NCBI GenBank assembly: GCA_964634635.1
Contig: CAZWMB010000001.1
Location: 8,590 to 72,589 of the forward strand
Length of the DNA stretch: 64,000 nucleotides
Direction of reading: 5' to 3'
From: an uncultured Lachnospiraceae bacterium
GTDB lineage: Bacteria > Bacillota > Clostridia > UBA1381
Under the pieces are notes generated by a model that made no database searches, was not told the DNA's origin, and was given only the letters and a program-made list of their open reading frames with translations. Position numbers and translations under genes: made by a program. This document shows, piece by piece, positions 1-9,432 of the stretch. Positions within the stretch are counted from its first letter, which is position 1. The number at the start of each line of letters is the position of its first letter.

Positions 1-31
1 AGCTGTCCCGTATAAATTTATTCTTATCCAT
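1..31 (-). CDS. 5' start of a gene running off the window (MDKNKFIRDS...)
   Basis: ATG at 31 preceded by GAGAGGGA, 4 nt after the stop of the ATP-grasp gene; only 10 codons visible. Confidence 0.5.
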   Translation of the reverse strand, partial: MDKNKFIRDS

Positions 32-35
32 TGTA

Positions 36-1379
36 TTATTCCCTCTCGTTTTTCCCGCTTACAATTATAGTGGGTAATGACATCTCGTTGTACTGCGTGG
101 ATATTATGCTGTCCTTGGCGATACGCGAATACAGACCGCTTAGCTTACCGTTATATATGTACAGCCCTGTTATATTGCGATAGGACTTATAGCGCGCGTT
201 TTTGTCGTGCGTTATGTCTATGTTAAGCGACTCATAGGGCTTGCAGTATTCCTGAATCAGATAATGATTGTCAATATTTGCCATGACGTTTTTACGCCAC
301 TCCTCGTCGCTCATACCCTCGACGCCGGCGAAAACGCCTTTTGACGCGTAGGAGTCCTCCGGCTTTATCACCCATTTTTCTTTATTTTCAAGCGCTCCCC
401 AGCGCTCTATATTACTCTCTGTCAGCGGTACTGTAAGCGGAATATGCTCTTTTATGAATTCACATTCCGTGTCGGTAAGAAATGCCGCCGTCGCCTCGCC
501 GCGCAGAACCTCGAATACAATTTTATTATGTATAATCTGAGTCTGGAAGTCGCCGATAATACATACGTCGTTATTTTCAGCCGCCTTTATAAACGGCAGG
601 ACCCTGTCATAGCTTTTCATTATGTCGCATGTCACCGCGCGGCGGTAAACCGCGTCTATACGCATACCCGATTTTGAAACGAGATTATGATTATCGTATT
701 CTAAATCCGTTATCTCGCATATCTCACATTTCAGTCCCGCGTCCTCAAACGCCCTTTGAAAAGCCGTAAACTCACGGTTTATGTCGCCGTCAAAAAAATC
801 GACAATGGCAATATTGGGCTTTTCCGCCGCTCTGTCATAGGTACGGTAAATATTCATAAACTCTCTCACCCACGAGTCGAAAAGCTCGCATGTACGCACA
901 TTATACTTTTCCGTAAATTGATTATACGCGCTTGTCAGGCGTATTGCCTGATTTAATTCCCTGTCCTCGTTCATCGCGCTCGAGCCGTCGGCGTTAAATT
1001 CGCAGAACTTAAAGGAAAAATCGTCCTCATTGAAAAAAATATCAATACGCACGACAGGCAAAACGCATTGATAATGCTTTTCCCTCAAAATCAGCCTTTC
1101 AAGACGCTTGTCAAAACCGAATAAGGCTCTGTAAGCCTGATTTTCCCTGTACTCATTTATTACCTTGCAGAGTATTCCATACGTCGTTTCGGCTATTTTA
1201 TCAAGATACGCCGCCATTTCCTCGGTAAACATTTTCGGCATATACAGAGTATGCACAAAACATCCGTGATAACGCGCGGTTGAGGTTTTTATATACTCCT
1301 GCTGCGCCGCCGCGCTCCTTATGCTTTCCTCAAAATTACTGTCGACAAGGCTTTTATAAAACTCCTCCGCTTTATGCAA
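36..1379 (-). CDS. Glutathionylspermidine synthase-like / circularly permuted ATP-grasp peptide ligase
   Basis: RIDIFF..FKFCEFNADGSSAM, WVIKPEDSYASKGV and LIQEYC motifs; TTG start with AAAGGAG RBS. Confidence 0.75.
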   Translation of the reverse strand: MHKAEEFYKSLVDSNFEESIRSAAAQQEYIKTSTARYHGCFVHTLYMPKMFTEEMAAYLDKIAETTYGILCKVINEYRENQAYRALFGFDKRLERLILREKHYQCVLPVVRIDIFFNEDDFSFKFCEFNADGSSAMNEDRELNQAIRLTSAYNQFTEKYNVRTCELFDSWVREFMNIYRTYDRAAEKPNIAIVDFFDGDINREFTAFQRAFEDAGLKCEICEITDLEYDNHNLVSKSGMRIDAVYRRAVTCDIMKSYDRVLPFIKAAENNDVCIIGDFQTQIIHNKIVFEVLRGEATAAFLTDTECEFIKEHIPLTVPLTESNIERWGALENKEKWVIKPEDSYASKGVFAGVEGMSDEEWRKNVMANIDNHYLIQEYCKPYESLNIDITHDKNARYKSYRNITGLYIYNGKLSGLYSRIAKDSIISTQYNEMSLPTIIVSGKNERE

Positions 1380-1501
1380 GTTAAAATCTCTCCTTTGATG
1401 TTTTTATCCTTTTAACGCGCGCTTTTATCTCTCATCACAAAAAGCGCGGCGCAGCTGCGAAGCAACCTTTTTATAAAATTCATTATCCCGCTTTATTATT
1501 G

Positions 1502-1801
1502 CTAACAGAAAACAGACGGTACCTTTTCAAGCTGCTCTGTATGTACGTCGTCTCTTGTCAGCGGCTTTATGCTCTCCAGAAATTTCAGAAAATGCGCCGC
1601 CGCATTATGCTGTTCAATCGCCGTATCGTTCAGCCACTCCTCAATGAAGGTGAATTTTGTCTTATCCCTTCTGTCCCGATATATTTTATAAGAAAGGTTT
1701 CCCTTTTCCTTGCGTGTTTCACGCGTAACGTTTACAGCGTGCCTTTCAAAGGCTTCAACGCCGTCGGGCAGCACGTCAAATTTTGCAATTACAGTAATCA
1801 T
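1502..1801 (-). CDS. Antibiotic-biosynthesis-monooxygenase (putative quinol monooxygenase) family protein
   Basis: TRKEKGNLSY..FTFIEEW..HNAAAHF pattern; AAGGAG RBS before MITVIAKF. Confidence 0.85.
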   Translation of the reverse strand: MITVIAKFDVLPDGVEAFERHAVNVTRETRKEKGNLSYKIYRDRRDKTKFTFIEEWLNDTAIEQHNAAAHFLKFLESIKPLTRDDVHTEQLEKVPSVFC

Positions 1802-1894
1802 CGTCTTCAGCTCCTTAATATCCTGTGAATATTGTACCATATAACAGAGCTCTTAGTAAAGAGTTATTTGAAATATTTATATTATTTCAGAATT

Positions 1895-4279
1895 TCAGAC
1901 CGTTAAGTCGTACAGCCTGAGTATTGTAGCGATTGACTGCTCATTTGTATACGCGGTTTCGGGCGCGAAGCTGTCATTGCCTACTCCGGACATAAGCTTT
2001 GCCTCTTTCATCTTATACACCGCGTCCTTCGCCCACTCCGCTATGTCATCCTCGTCCGCATATTTATACTCCGAATTTTCCATGTCAAATTCATCTAATC
2101 CAAGGTACTGTGCGGTTCTGTACAATATGACCGCCGCCTCTTCACGGCTTATTGAATTATTCGGTCTGAATGTACCGTCATCATAACCCGATATTATTCC
2201 CGCGCCGTAAAGACGCGCTACACTTGTCTTTTTGACATCGCTGAATTTTGTTTCAACAGCTTCCGGAAGACTGTCCGACAGCTCAAGCATGCTGACCATA
2301 ATATCGCAAAAATCACCGCGCGTCATCGCGGCGTCATATACCAGCTTATCCTTAAAGCTGTATGGCGTCACATCTATTTCATAAGAACGTCTTACTTCAT
2401 CCTCGGCCCAGTCCGACGGCTCGGAATTATTAAAGGTAATGTCCGTAAGCGGCAGACGCTTTGTATATGTTTCCCACTTCCGCCCATTGTTTGAACGGTA
2501 TTTGTTCCCCGCCGCGTCCTGCACATAATACATTCCGTCATAATACAGCGCATAACAGATGAGCGAGTCAAAATCATATTTATCTGTAATATTGAAATTC
2601 TCGTCGAGGAAGTATAGCGTCTTAACCTTAAGCCAGTTGGCGGTGTAATAGTAAGGACAGCCGTCCCACAAATTCCAGCGGAGCATATATCCGTTATCGC
2701 CCTCTATAAGCTCGTAACAGTCATAATTTATGCCGATTATATCCTTCACCGTCTGCGGCAGCTTTTCTTTAACCTCGGCGGCGCCGATACCTAACGACAG
2801 CGGTCCGTCCTCGGCGCGGGCCTCTGTCACATAATCCTCGTAGTACTTATCTATATGGCTTTCATTGCACACCTGAAAGGAATTGCGTATACCGCCCACA
2901 CAGTTTATCGGCAGAACAACATTTATTGAAAATTCTCTGACGCTGTTTGCGGGAATAAGCACGCTCGCCATGGTATCCTTTGCAGCCGGCACGTTTTCTC
3001 CCTTTAAAAGTCCGCTGTGCCTACCGTCCTCGTCTTCGACAAATACGAGTATATTAGACTGTGTTTCAGCCGCATATTCAAAATATTTGTCAATATTGGT
3101 TGTGTTGCTTGCCGTTATTTCATAGCTTTCGATTATGCAGTAATTACCCATGCTGACGGCATAGCCTTGATTAGAGCGTTTTATTGAAAGCGGATAATTG
3201 GGAAAATACTCCGCCCTGTCATAATAGGTCATAGCGCCCTGATATTCCGTTGTGTCGCTGTGCATGGTATCCCATATCCACACATTGTCGCGGTCCTGCT
3301 TATTGACACGCGAGCCGTAGTAATCAAGCTTTGTGTTGTCCACATAATACATAGGCACAAGGTCGTTTTCAACCGCAATTTGCTGCGACCATATATCGTC
3401 CTGCGGATTTAAATGGCTGCACCATACATCAGTCGCATAACCGTCAGGCTCATACTGATTATAAACCTTGTTTACTATGTAATCGCCATCCTTTATACGG
3501 CTGTCTATCGTATATTCAAGCCGGGCGCTGACTCTCGGAAGCGTGTCCGCGATACCTTTCTGAGTCCTTGTATAGGAATAGCTGCCCTTTGCGGCATTGC
3601 GCGTAAAGCCGGAGCGGTCGCCTATCTCATCTCCGGACTTAAACGCCGCGACATTCATATCAATACTGCCGCTTACCAGCTCAATTTCACCCAGCAGCTG
3701 CGACGGTTTTCCGTAGCCTATGGCAGTGTAACCGTCTATATAATCACTCAGCCACAGTGTTTCTCCCTTTGATATTGTAAGCGTTACAGGCTCGTAGGAC
3801 TGCGGCTCGTAAAGCCATGAGCCGTTAAGCTCGCACATCGGTACGCCTATCCATGAGCAAAGACTGTTAAGACAGCTTACCTTATGACTTTCCTTATACC
3901 ATGTACCGTCGGAAAAAATAAACGCCTCCTCCTCGGGTACCTCAAAAAACGCCTTGTTTATTGTAATAACGCTGTCCTTTAAGGCGGTAAGCTCCATGTC
4001 AACCTCAATGTTAAAGCCCGCGTGATATCCGTCGGAGGTATCCGTGCTGTTTATGTGGCACAGAAGAAAATCGTACAAATCCGGCTCCAGCGCCTCATTA
4101 TTCATTATGTAGCTCGGCTCATAAACGTCGTCGTTCATAAGATTTTTATTTTTTATGGCCTCGGGATTGTTGCTGAAAATCCATTTTCCGCCGCCGTCGG
4201 GCGTAAAGTTTATGTCCGCCGCGTAAGCGCCTATACCCATTATACTCAGAGCGGCAAGCGCCGCGATTATTTTTTTCAA
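1895..4279 (-). CDS. Secreted SLH-domain protein with a large uncharacterised N-terminal region
   Basis: Signal peptide MKKIIAALAALS (TTG start after GGGAGG); three C-terminal SLH repeats (GIISGYDDGTFRPNNSISREEAA; LMSGVGNDSFAP). Confidence 0.85.
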   Translation of the reverse strand: MKKIIAALAALSIMGIGAYAADINFTPDGGGKWIFSNNPEAIKNKNLMNDDVYEPSYIMNNEALEPDLYDFLLCHINSTDTSDGYHAGFNIEVDMELTALKDSVITINKAFFEVPEEEAFIFSDGTWYKESHKVSCLNSLCSWIGVPMCELNGSWLYEPQSYEPVTLTISKGETLWLSDYIDGYTAIGYGKPSQLLGEIELVSGSIDMNVAAFKSGDEIGDRSGFTRNAAKGSYSYTRTQKGIADTLPRVSARLEYTIDSRIKDGDYIVNKVYNQYEPDGYATDVWCSHLNPQDDIWSQQIAVENDLVPMYYVDNTKLDYYGSRVNKQDRDNVWIWDTMHSDTTEYQGAMTYYDRAEYFPNYPLSIKRSNQGYAVSMGNYCIIESYEITASNTTNIDKYFEYAAETQSNILVFVEDEDGRHSGLLKGENVPAAKDTMASVLIPANSVREFSINVVLPINCVGGIRNSFQVCNESHIDKYYEDYVTEARAEDGPLSLGIGAAEVKEKLPQTVKDIIGINYDCYELIEGDNGYMLRWNLWDGCPYYYTANWLKVKTLYFLDENFNITDKYDFDSLICYALYYDGMYYVQDAAGNKYRSNNGRKWETYTKRLPLTDITFNNSEPSDWAEDEVRRSYEIDVTPYSFKDKLVYDAAMTRGDFCDIMVSMLELSDSLPEAVETKFSDVKKTSVARLYGAGIISGYDDGTFRPNNSISREEAAVILYRTAQYLGLDEFDMENSEYKYADEDDIAEWAKDAVYKMKEAKLMSGVGNDSFAPETAYTNEQSIATILRLYDLTV

Positions 4280-4313
4280 GTTAATACCCTCCCATACATG
4301 CGTCATATATATT

Positions 4314-4937
4314 TTATGATTTATTTTCTCCGTCATGACTGTAATACAGCTCGCCGGCGCGCATCATTTCAATCATATCCCATACGGTATATTTGCCCTC
4401 GTCATCCTTTGTGGAAAACGGCACAAGTATGTCGTCCTCACCCATTTCAAGCGTTTCCCATATACGGGCTAAGTTAGGCTCAAGCTCGCTTTTTTTCAGC
4501 TTATCCGTCTTTGTGGCGACAACAATCAGATTTTTATGATAATGCCGTATCCACCGGGCCATGGTAATATCGTCCTTAGTAGGTTTATGACGGCTGTCCG
4601 TCAAAAGGATTGTCTGTATAAGCGGCTCGCGGTTCGCGAGGTAATCTTCCATCATTTTACCCCACTTCTCCGTTTCGGACTTGGAACGCTGCGCGTAGCC
4701 GTAGCCCGGAAGATCCACAAGATATACGGTATCGTCAATATTATAAAAATTTATCGTTGCCGTTTTGCCGGGAGTACCGGATACTCTTGCCATTGCTTTA
4801 CGGTTAAGCAGCTTATTTATAAGCGAGGACTTACCGACGTTTGAGCGTCCCGCGAACGCAAATTCCATATAGCCCGTTGTAGGGTACTGACTTGGCTTTA
4901 CCGCTGATATTGTAAGACTTGCATTGTGTATATTCAT
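4314..4937 (-). CDS. engB: Ribosome biogenesis GTPase YsxC/EngB
   Basis: GRSNVGKSS, DLPGYGYA and TKTDK motifs; directly downstream of lon. Confidence 0.97.
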   Translation of the reverse strand: MNIHNASLTISAVKPSQYPTTGYMEFAFAGRSNVGKSSLINKLLNRKAMARVSGTPGKTATINFYNIDDTVYLVDLPGYGYAQRSKSETEKWGKMMEDYLANREPLIQTILLTDSRHKPTKDDITMARWIRHYHKNLIVVATKTDKLKKSELEPNLARIWETLEMGEDDILVPFSTKDDEGKYTVWDMIEMMRAGELYYSHDGENKS

Positions 4938-4947
4938 TTGTTTTCTC

Positions 4948-7263
4948 CTATCTTAACGCGTTTGACAGTACCGTATCCATACTGCTGACGGGTATAAAAT
5001 TCAGCTTACCGCGTATTTCCGACGGAATCTCGTCAATATCCGGCGTGTTATCCTCAGGAATTATTATATCCGCTATGCCCGCGCGGTAAGCGGCAAGCGA
5101 CTTTTCCTTAAGACCCCCTATTGGCAGCACTCGTCCGCGCAGTGTAATCTCGCCGGTCATGGCGATGTCCCTTCTGACAGGGCTGTCCGTCAGCGCCGAC
5201 ACAAGCGCCGTGGCCATTGTTATACCGGCCGACGGTCCGTCCTTGGGTACGGCGCCCTCCGGTACGTGTATATGTATGTCCTTGTTCTTATAAAAGCTGT
5301 CGCTTATGCCGAGAGTCTTGGAATTGGAGCGTATGTAGCTTATAGCGGCGCGGGCGCTTTCTTTCATTACGTCTCCCAGCTTACCGGTAAGCTCAACCTT
5401 GCCCGTACCGGGCATAACGTTTACCTCTATTGACAGCGTTTCGCCTCCGACAGACGTCCACGCCAATCCCCGCGCGACGCCTACTTCGTCATTTTCATTC
5501 ATAGCGTCAAAATGATAACGCTCATTACCGAGGTAATCGGACAAATTCTTGTCCGTTATTTTTATCCGCTTTTTACGCGACTCAAAAAGCTGCTTCACCG
5601 CTTTGCGGCATATCTTTTCCAACTGCTGTTCAAGCTTTCTGACTCCCGCCTCGCGCGTGTAATGCTCAATTATACTGTGTAACGCCTTGTCGCTTATGCT
5701 TATCCGCTCTTCCGTAAGACCGTTGTTTTTTAAAGCCTTCTTCATGAGATAATCCTTGGCTATATGCAGCTTTTCAATATCTGTATAGCCTGTAAGCTCA
5801 ATTATATCCATACGATCCAGCAACGGACGCGAAACTGTTTCAAGAGAGTTGGCTGTGGTTATAAAGAGTACCTGTGAAAGGTCGAAAGGCGCCTCTATAT
5901 AGTGGTCACGGAATGTCGAATTCTGCTCACAGTCAAGCGCTTCCAAAAGCGCCGCGGACGGATCTCCCTTGTAGTCAACACCCATTTTGTCTATCTCGTC
6001 AAGCAATATAAGCGGATTTTTGGTTTTTGCCTCCCGCATCGCCGCCATTATTCTACCTTCCATAGCGCCTATGTACGTTTTACGGTGTCCGCGTATGTCA
6101 GATTCGTCATGTATTCCGCCGAGAGATATACGCACGTACTTTCTTCCGAGCGCGCGGGCTATTGATTTCGCGACAGAGGTCTTCCCCACTCCCGGCGGCC
6201 CCGCAAAGCACAGTATAGTACCGTTTTTCCCTTTTGTAAGCTTTCTTACCGCAAGATATTCAAGCACGCGTTCCTTTACATTTTCAAGACCGTAGTGATC
6301 CTCGTCGAGTATTTTTCTAGCCTTGACTATGTCAAAGCTTTCTTTTGTACGCTTATTCCATGGAAGGTCAAGCACGGCGTCAAGGTAGCCTCGCTCAACG
6401 CCGCTTTCCGCCGAAAGCGGCGGAAGCTTGGACAGTCTGTCCGCTGACTTTCGCAGCTTGTCCTTAACCTCTCCGGAGGTTTTCAGCGCGCTTATTTTCT
6501 TCCTGTATTCTTCCGCCTCCGTCTGAGCGTCCTCACCGTCGCCAAGCTCGTTATGAATTACCTTAAGCTGCTCGCGCAGATAGTACTCACGCTGATTTTT
6601 GTCTATACGTTTCTTTACCTCCTGTGATATTTTATGCTCCAATTTCAGTACCTCAAGCTGGTTCTGTATTTCTACAATCAGCGCTTCGGCACGCTTTATA
6701 ACGTTAAATTCGGACAAAAACTCCTGTTTCTTTTCTACCTCGCTCTCCAGCTCGGCCGCGACAACATCGCAAAGCTCTCCTATATCGCTTACGCTCATAA
6801 ATTTTATATAGGTTTCCGCGGGCAGCTTTGGATTTTGAGAGAAATATTCCTCAAAGCTCTTTCTTATACGGCGAATATACGCCGTTTTCATTGCCGAAGG
6901 ATACTCAAAATCCGACTCGTCGTACACGGCTATATCAGCGGTAAGCATTTGCCCGTTCAAAAGCGTTTTCTCGATAACGCCGCGGCTTATACCGCTTACT
7001 ATCACCCTTGTAATACCTCCCGGCATACGCATCATCTGATTTACGCGAGCGACGGCGCCGACTTTGTACAGTCCTTCAAGGTCCGGTTCTTCCTCTCGCG
7101 CGTCGCGCTGAGCCGTGATAAACACAAACGAGTTCTTTTCCGCGGCGGTTTCTATGGCCTTTACCGACATATCCCGCGCCGCGTCAAAATTAAGCGTCAT
7201 ATATGGAAACAGTACCATTCCGCGAATTGGTACGACAGGCATGCTTTCTATTTTTTTCTCCAC
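4948..7263 (-). CDS. lon: Lon protease (endopeptidase La)
   Basis: GPPGVGKTS Walker A, LLDEIDK Walker B, PKDGPSAG catalytic Ser, IGGLKEK. Confidence 0.98.
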   Translation of the reverse strand: MEKKIESMPVVPIRGMVLFPYMTLNFDAARDMSVKAIETAAEKNSFVFITAQRDAREEEPDLEGLYKVGAVARVNQMMRMPGGITRVIVSGISRGVIEKTLLNGQMLTADIAVYDESDFEYPSAMKTAYIRRIRKSFEEYFSQNPKLPAETYIKFMSVSDIGELCDVVAAELESEVEKKQEFLSEFNVIKRAEALIVEIQNQLEVLKLEHKISQEVKKRIDKNQREYYLREQLKVIHNELGDGEDAQTEAEEYRKKISALKTSGEVKDKLRKSADRLSKLPPLSAESGVERGYLDAVLDLPWNKRTKESFDIVKARKILDEDHYGLENVKERVLEYLAVRKLTKGKNGTILCFAGPPGVGKTSVAKSIARALGRKYVRISLGGIHDESDIRGHRKTYIGAMEGRIMAAMREAKTKNPLILLDEIDKMGVDYKGDPSAALLEALDCEQNSTFRDHYIEAPFDLSQVLFITTANSLETVSRPLLDRMDIIELTGYTDIEKLHIAKDYLMKKALKNNGLTEERISISDKALHSIIEHYTREAGVRKLEQQLEKICRKAVKQLFESRKKRIKITDKNLSDYLGNERYHFDAMNENDEVGVARGLAWTSVGGETLSIEVNVMPGTGKVELTGKLGDVMKESARAAISYIRSNSKTLGISDSFYKNKDIHIHVPEGAVPKDGPSAGITMATALVSALTDSPVRRDIAMTGEITLRGRVLPIGGLKEKSLAAYRAGIADIIIPEDNTPDIDEIPSEIRGKLNFIPVSSMDTVLSNALR

Positions 7264-7341
7264 TAAAGCTCACTCCTAAACAGTAAAGTCATTTCAAAAT
7301 TATTTATAACATTACTATTATATATGTTTTTCATCGGTTTT

Positions 7342-8427
7342 TCAACTGTTTTTTTCCTTTGGCTTTATAACGGATATATCAATTATACGCTCGTCGCCTC
7401 CGATATATATTCCGTCGGTCATATGACAGGCGTTCAGCGCCCAAAGCATATTATCGGCTTTTATCAGGCTCCCGCCGTCAAGATACACTATGTTTTTCGC
7501 CATCTGCAAAAGCTTTACGGCGTCGCGTCCGTTCTTCGCGAAACGTGAAAGAAGCGTTATAGCCGAGTCCTCGGCGGCTATATTGAGCCGTTCGCACACG
7601 CCTGACGCTATTTTTTCGATATCCTTCCTTGTAAGAGAATTAAAATATATCTCGACGCATCTTGAACGGACGGCCTCGGGTATTTCATCGGGTTTTCGCG
7701 TAGTCGCGCCTATAAGCCTAAAATCCGCCGGAAGTCCGTTTTGAAACACGTCGTGTATATACGTCGGTATATTTTTATTGCTTTCACTGTAATAAGCGCT
7801 CTCCAATGTAACGCGTCTGTCCTCGAGTACCTTAAGCAGCTTATTCATCTGACACGGCGGAAGTTCTCCTATCTCGTCAATGAACAGCACGCCGCCGTGA
7901 GCTTTCGTTACCGCTCCTTCCTTAGGCTGCGGCACTCCCGCGGCTCCGTACGCGCCCGCGCCCTGATATATCGGGTCGTGTACGGAGCCTATCAGCGGGT
8001 CGGCTATACTGCGCTCGTCATAGCGCATTATTGTGGCGTCCGCCTCGACAAATTTAGCGTCGGCGCGGAATGGCGTTCCATTGCTTTTCTTTGCGTATTC
8101 AAGCGCGAGGCGCGCCGCCGCCGTCTTGCCGACTCCCGCCGGCCCGTATATTATAATATGCTGCGGATTTGGACCGCATAGCGCCGCCCGTATCGCGCGT
8201 ACTCCGTCATTCTGCCCGACTATATCCTCAGCCTTTTTTGGTCTTGCCGCCTCCGTAAGGGGTTCGGTGAGGCTGATATGCCGCAAACGGTTTAAATGCT
8301 CCGCCTCCTTTTTTGACTGCTCGTTTATCGCGTTTGCGTCGCTTCTCTCTCCCTTCAGTTTAGTAAAAAAGTACATCCCTATTATTACAGTAAAGAAAAA
8401 CTGTGTAATCATTATAACGCTGTTCAT
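7342..8427 (-). CDS. lonB: LonB-like sporulation AAA+ ATPase without a C-terminal protease domain
   Basis: N-terminal TM (QFFFTVIIGMYF), LTEPL..RP, ALCGPNPQH, ADPLIGSVHDPIYQGAG; located upstream of lon. Confidence 0.8.
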   Translation of the reverse strand: MNSVIMITQFFFTVIIGMYFFTKLKGERSDANAINEQSKKEAEHLNRLRHISLTEPLTEAARPKKAEDIVGQNDGVRAIRAALCGPNPQHIIIYGPAGVGKTAAARLALEYAKKSNGTPFRADAKFVEADATIMRYDERSIADPLIGSVHDPIYQGAGAYGAAGVPQPKEGAVTKAHGGVLFIDEIGELPPCQMNKLLKVLEDRRVTLESAYYSESNKNIPTYIHDVFQNGLPADFRLIGATTRKPDEIPEAVRSRCVEIYFNSLTRKDIEKIASGVCERLNIAAEDSAITLLSRFAKNGRDAVKLLQMAKNIVYLDGGSLIKADNMLWALNACHMTDGIYIGGDERIIDISVIKPKEKNS

Positions 8428-8519
8428 TTATATCCCTCCGTTCGGTTTACGGATATATTTTTTTCCGATATGATTTATTTATTCCCGCGCCGATATGGGA
8501 ATAATGAACAAAATATATA

Positions 8520-9209
8520 TTATTCCTTCATCTCCGTAAGCAGTTTTTTCAGACATTTCTTTTCAATACGGCTTACATAGCTGCGGCTTATACCGAGAAT
8601 TTCAGCTATTTCCTTCTGGGTTTTCTTTTTTTGGTTTCCCAGTCCGTATCTCCAGCACATTATATTTATCTCGTTTGCGTTTAAAACCTTGCGCATGGCG
8701 TCATACAGCTTCTGCGTTTCGATTTTTCCTGAAATAATATCCGACACATCAGCGCTGTCAGACGTCAGTATATCAGAAAACGTCATGTTGTTTCCCTCGT
8801 GATCCGTACCTATACTCTCGTCAATCGAGATTTCATTCTGTATCTTGCGCAGATTGCGCAAAAACATTAAAACCTCATTCTCTATACATCGGGATATATA
8901 TGAGGACATTTTTGAATTCTTTTCGGGATTAAAGGTGTTTACTCCTTTTATAAGTCCGATTGTTCCTATGGAAATAAGATCCTCAAGATTTTTCTCATCG
9001 GCGTACTTTTTTGCAATATGCGCCACAAGCCGCAAATTGTGTTCTATGAGTATATTTCTTGCATCCTCGTCGCCGTCGAAATACAAACTGAGATATTTCT
9101 GCTCTTCCTCACTGCTCAGCGGCTTTGGAAAGACCGCGCTGCCCGATACGTAACCCGCGAGTATCAGTACAGTTTGTATCCATTCAAAAAATATATCTGC
9201 CGGAAACAT
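8520..9209 (-). CDS. sigK: Pro-sigma-K, mother-cell sporulation sigma factor, uninterrupted
   Basis: Hydrophobic pro-peptide followed by GYVSGSAVFPKPLS, LIEHNLRLVAHIAKKY and ISRSYVSRIEKK. Confidence 0.92.
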   Translation of the reverse strand: MFPADIFFEWIQTVLILAGYVSGSAVFPKPLSSEEEQKYLSLYFDGDEDARNILIEHNLRLVAHIAKKYADEKNLEDLISIGTIGLIKGVNTFNPEKNSKMSSYISRCIENEVLMFLRNLRKIQNEISIDESIGTDHEGNNMTFSDILTSDSADVSDIISGKIETQKLYDAMRKVLNANEINIMCWRYGLGNQKKKTQKEIAEILGISRSYVSRIEKKCLKKLLTEMKE

Positions 9210-9230
9210 AACGAAAACCTCCTTTAATGA

Positions 9231-9277
9231 TTAATATGCAACCGCTCTCGGAGTAATAGCGCCTGCGTCTGTCCTTA
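9231..9277 (-). promoter_or_regulatory. Probable sigmaE/sigmaK-type promoter with SpoIIID-like site upstream of sigK
   Basis: CATATTAAT -10-like element above the AAAGGAGG RBS; TAAGGACAGA at 9268-9277 resembles SpoIIID boxes. Confidence 0.45.
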
Positions 9278-9358
9278 TTTTCTGAGCGATTTGTAAACTT
9301 AGTGAAATATAAGTCAAAAATGTCTTTTTATTGTAATAGATACATAATACGACTGAAA

Positions 9359-9387
9359 TTGACTTAAAAAGGGTAAGATAATATAAT
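9359..9387 (+). promoter_or_regulatory. sigmaA promoter of the YARHG gene
   Basis: TTGACT-17-TATAAT. Confidence 0.7.
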
Positions 9388-9432
9388 ACATAGTGTATAG
9401 GTGTTATAATTTTTAACGGAGGATGGAATACT

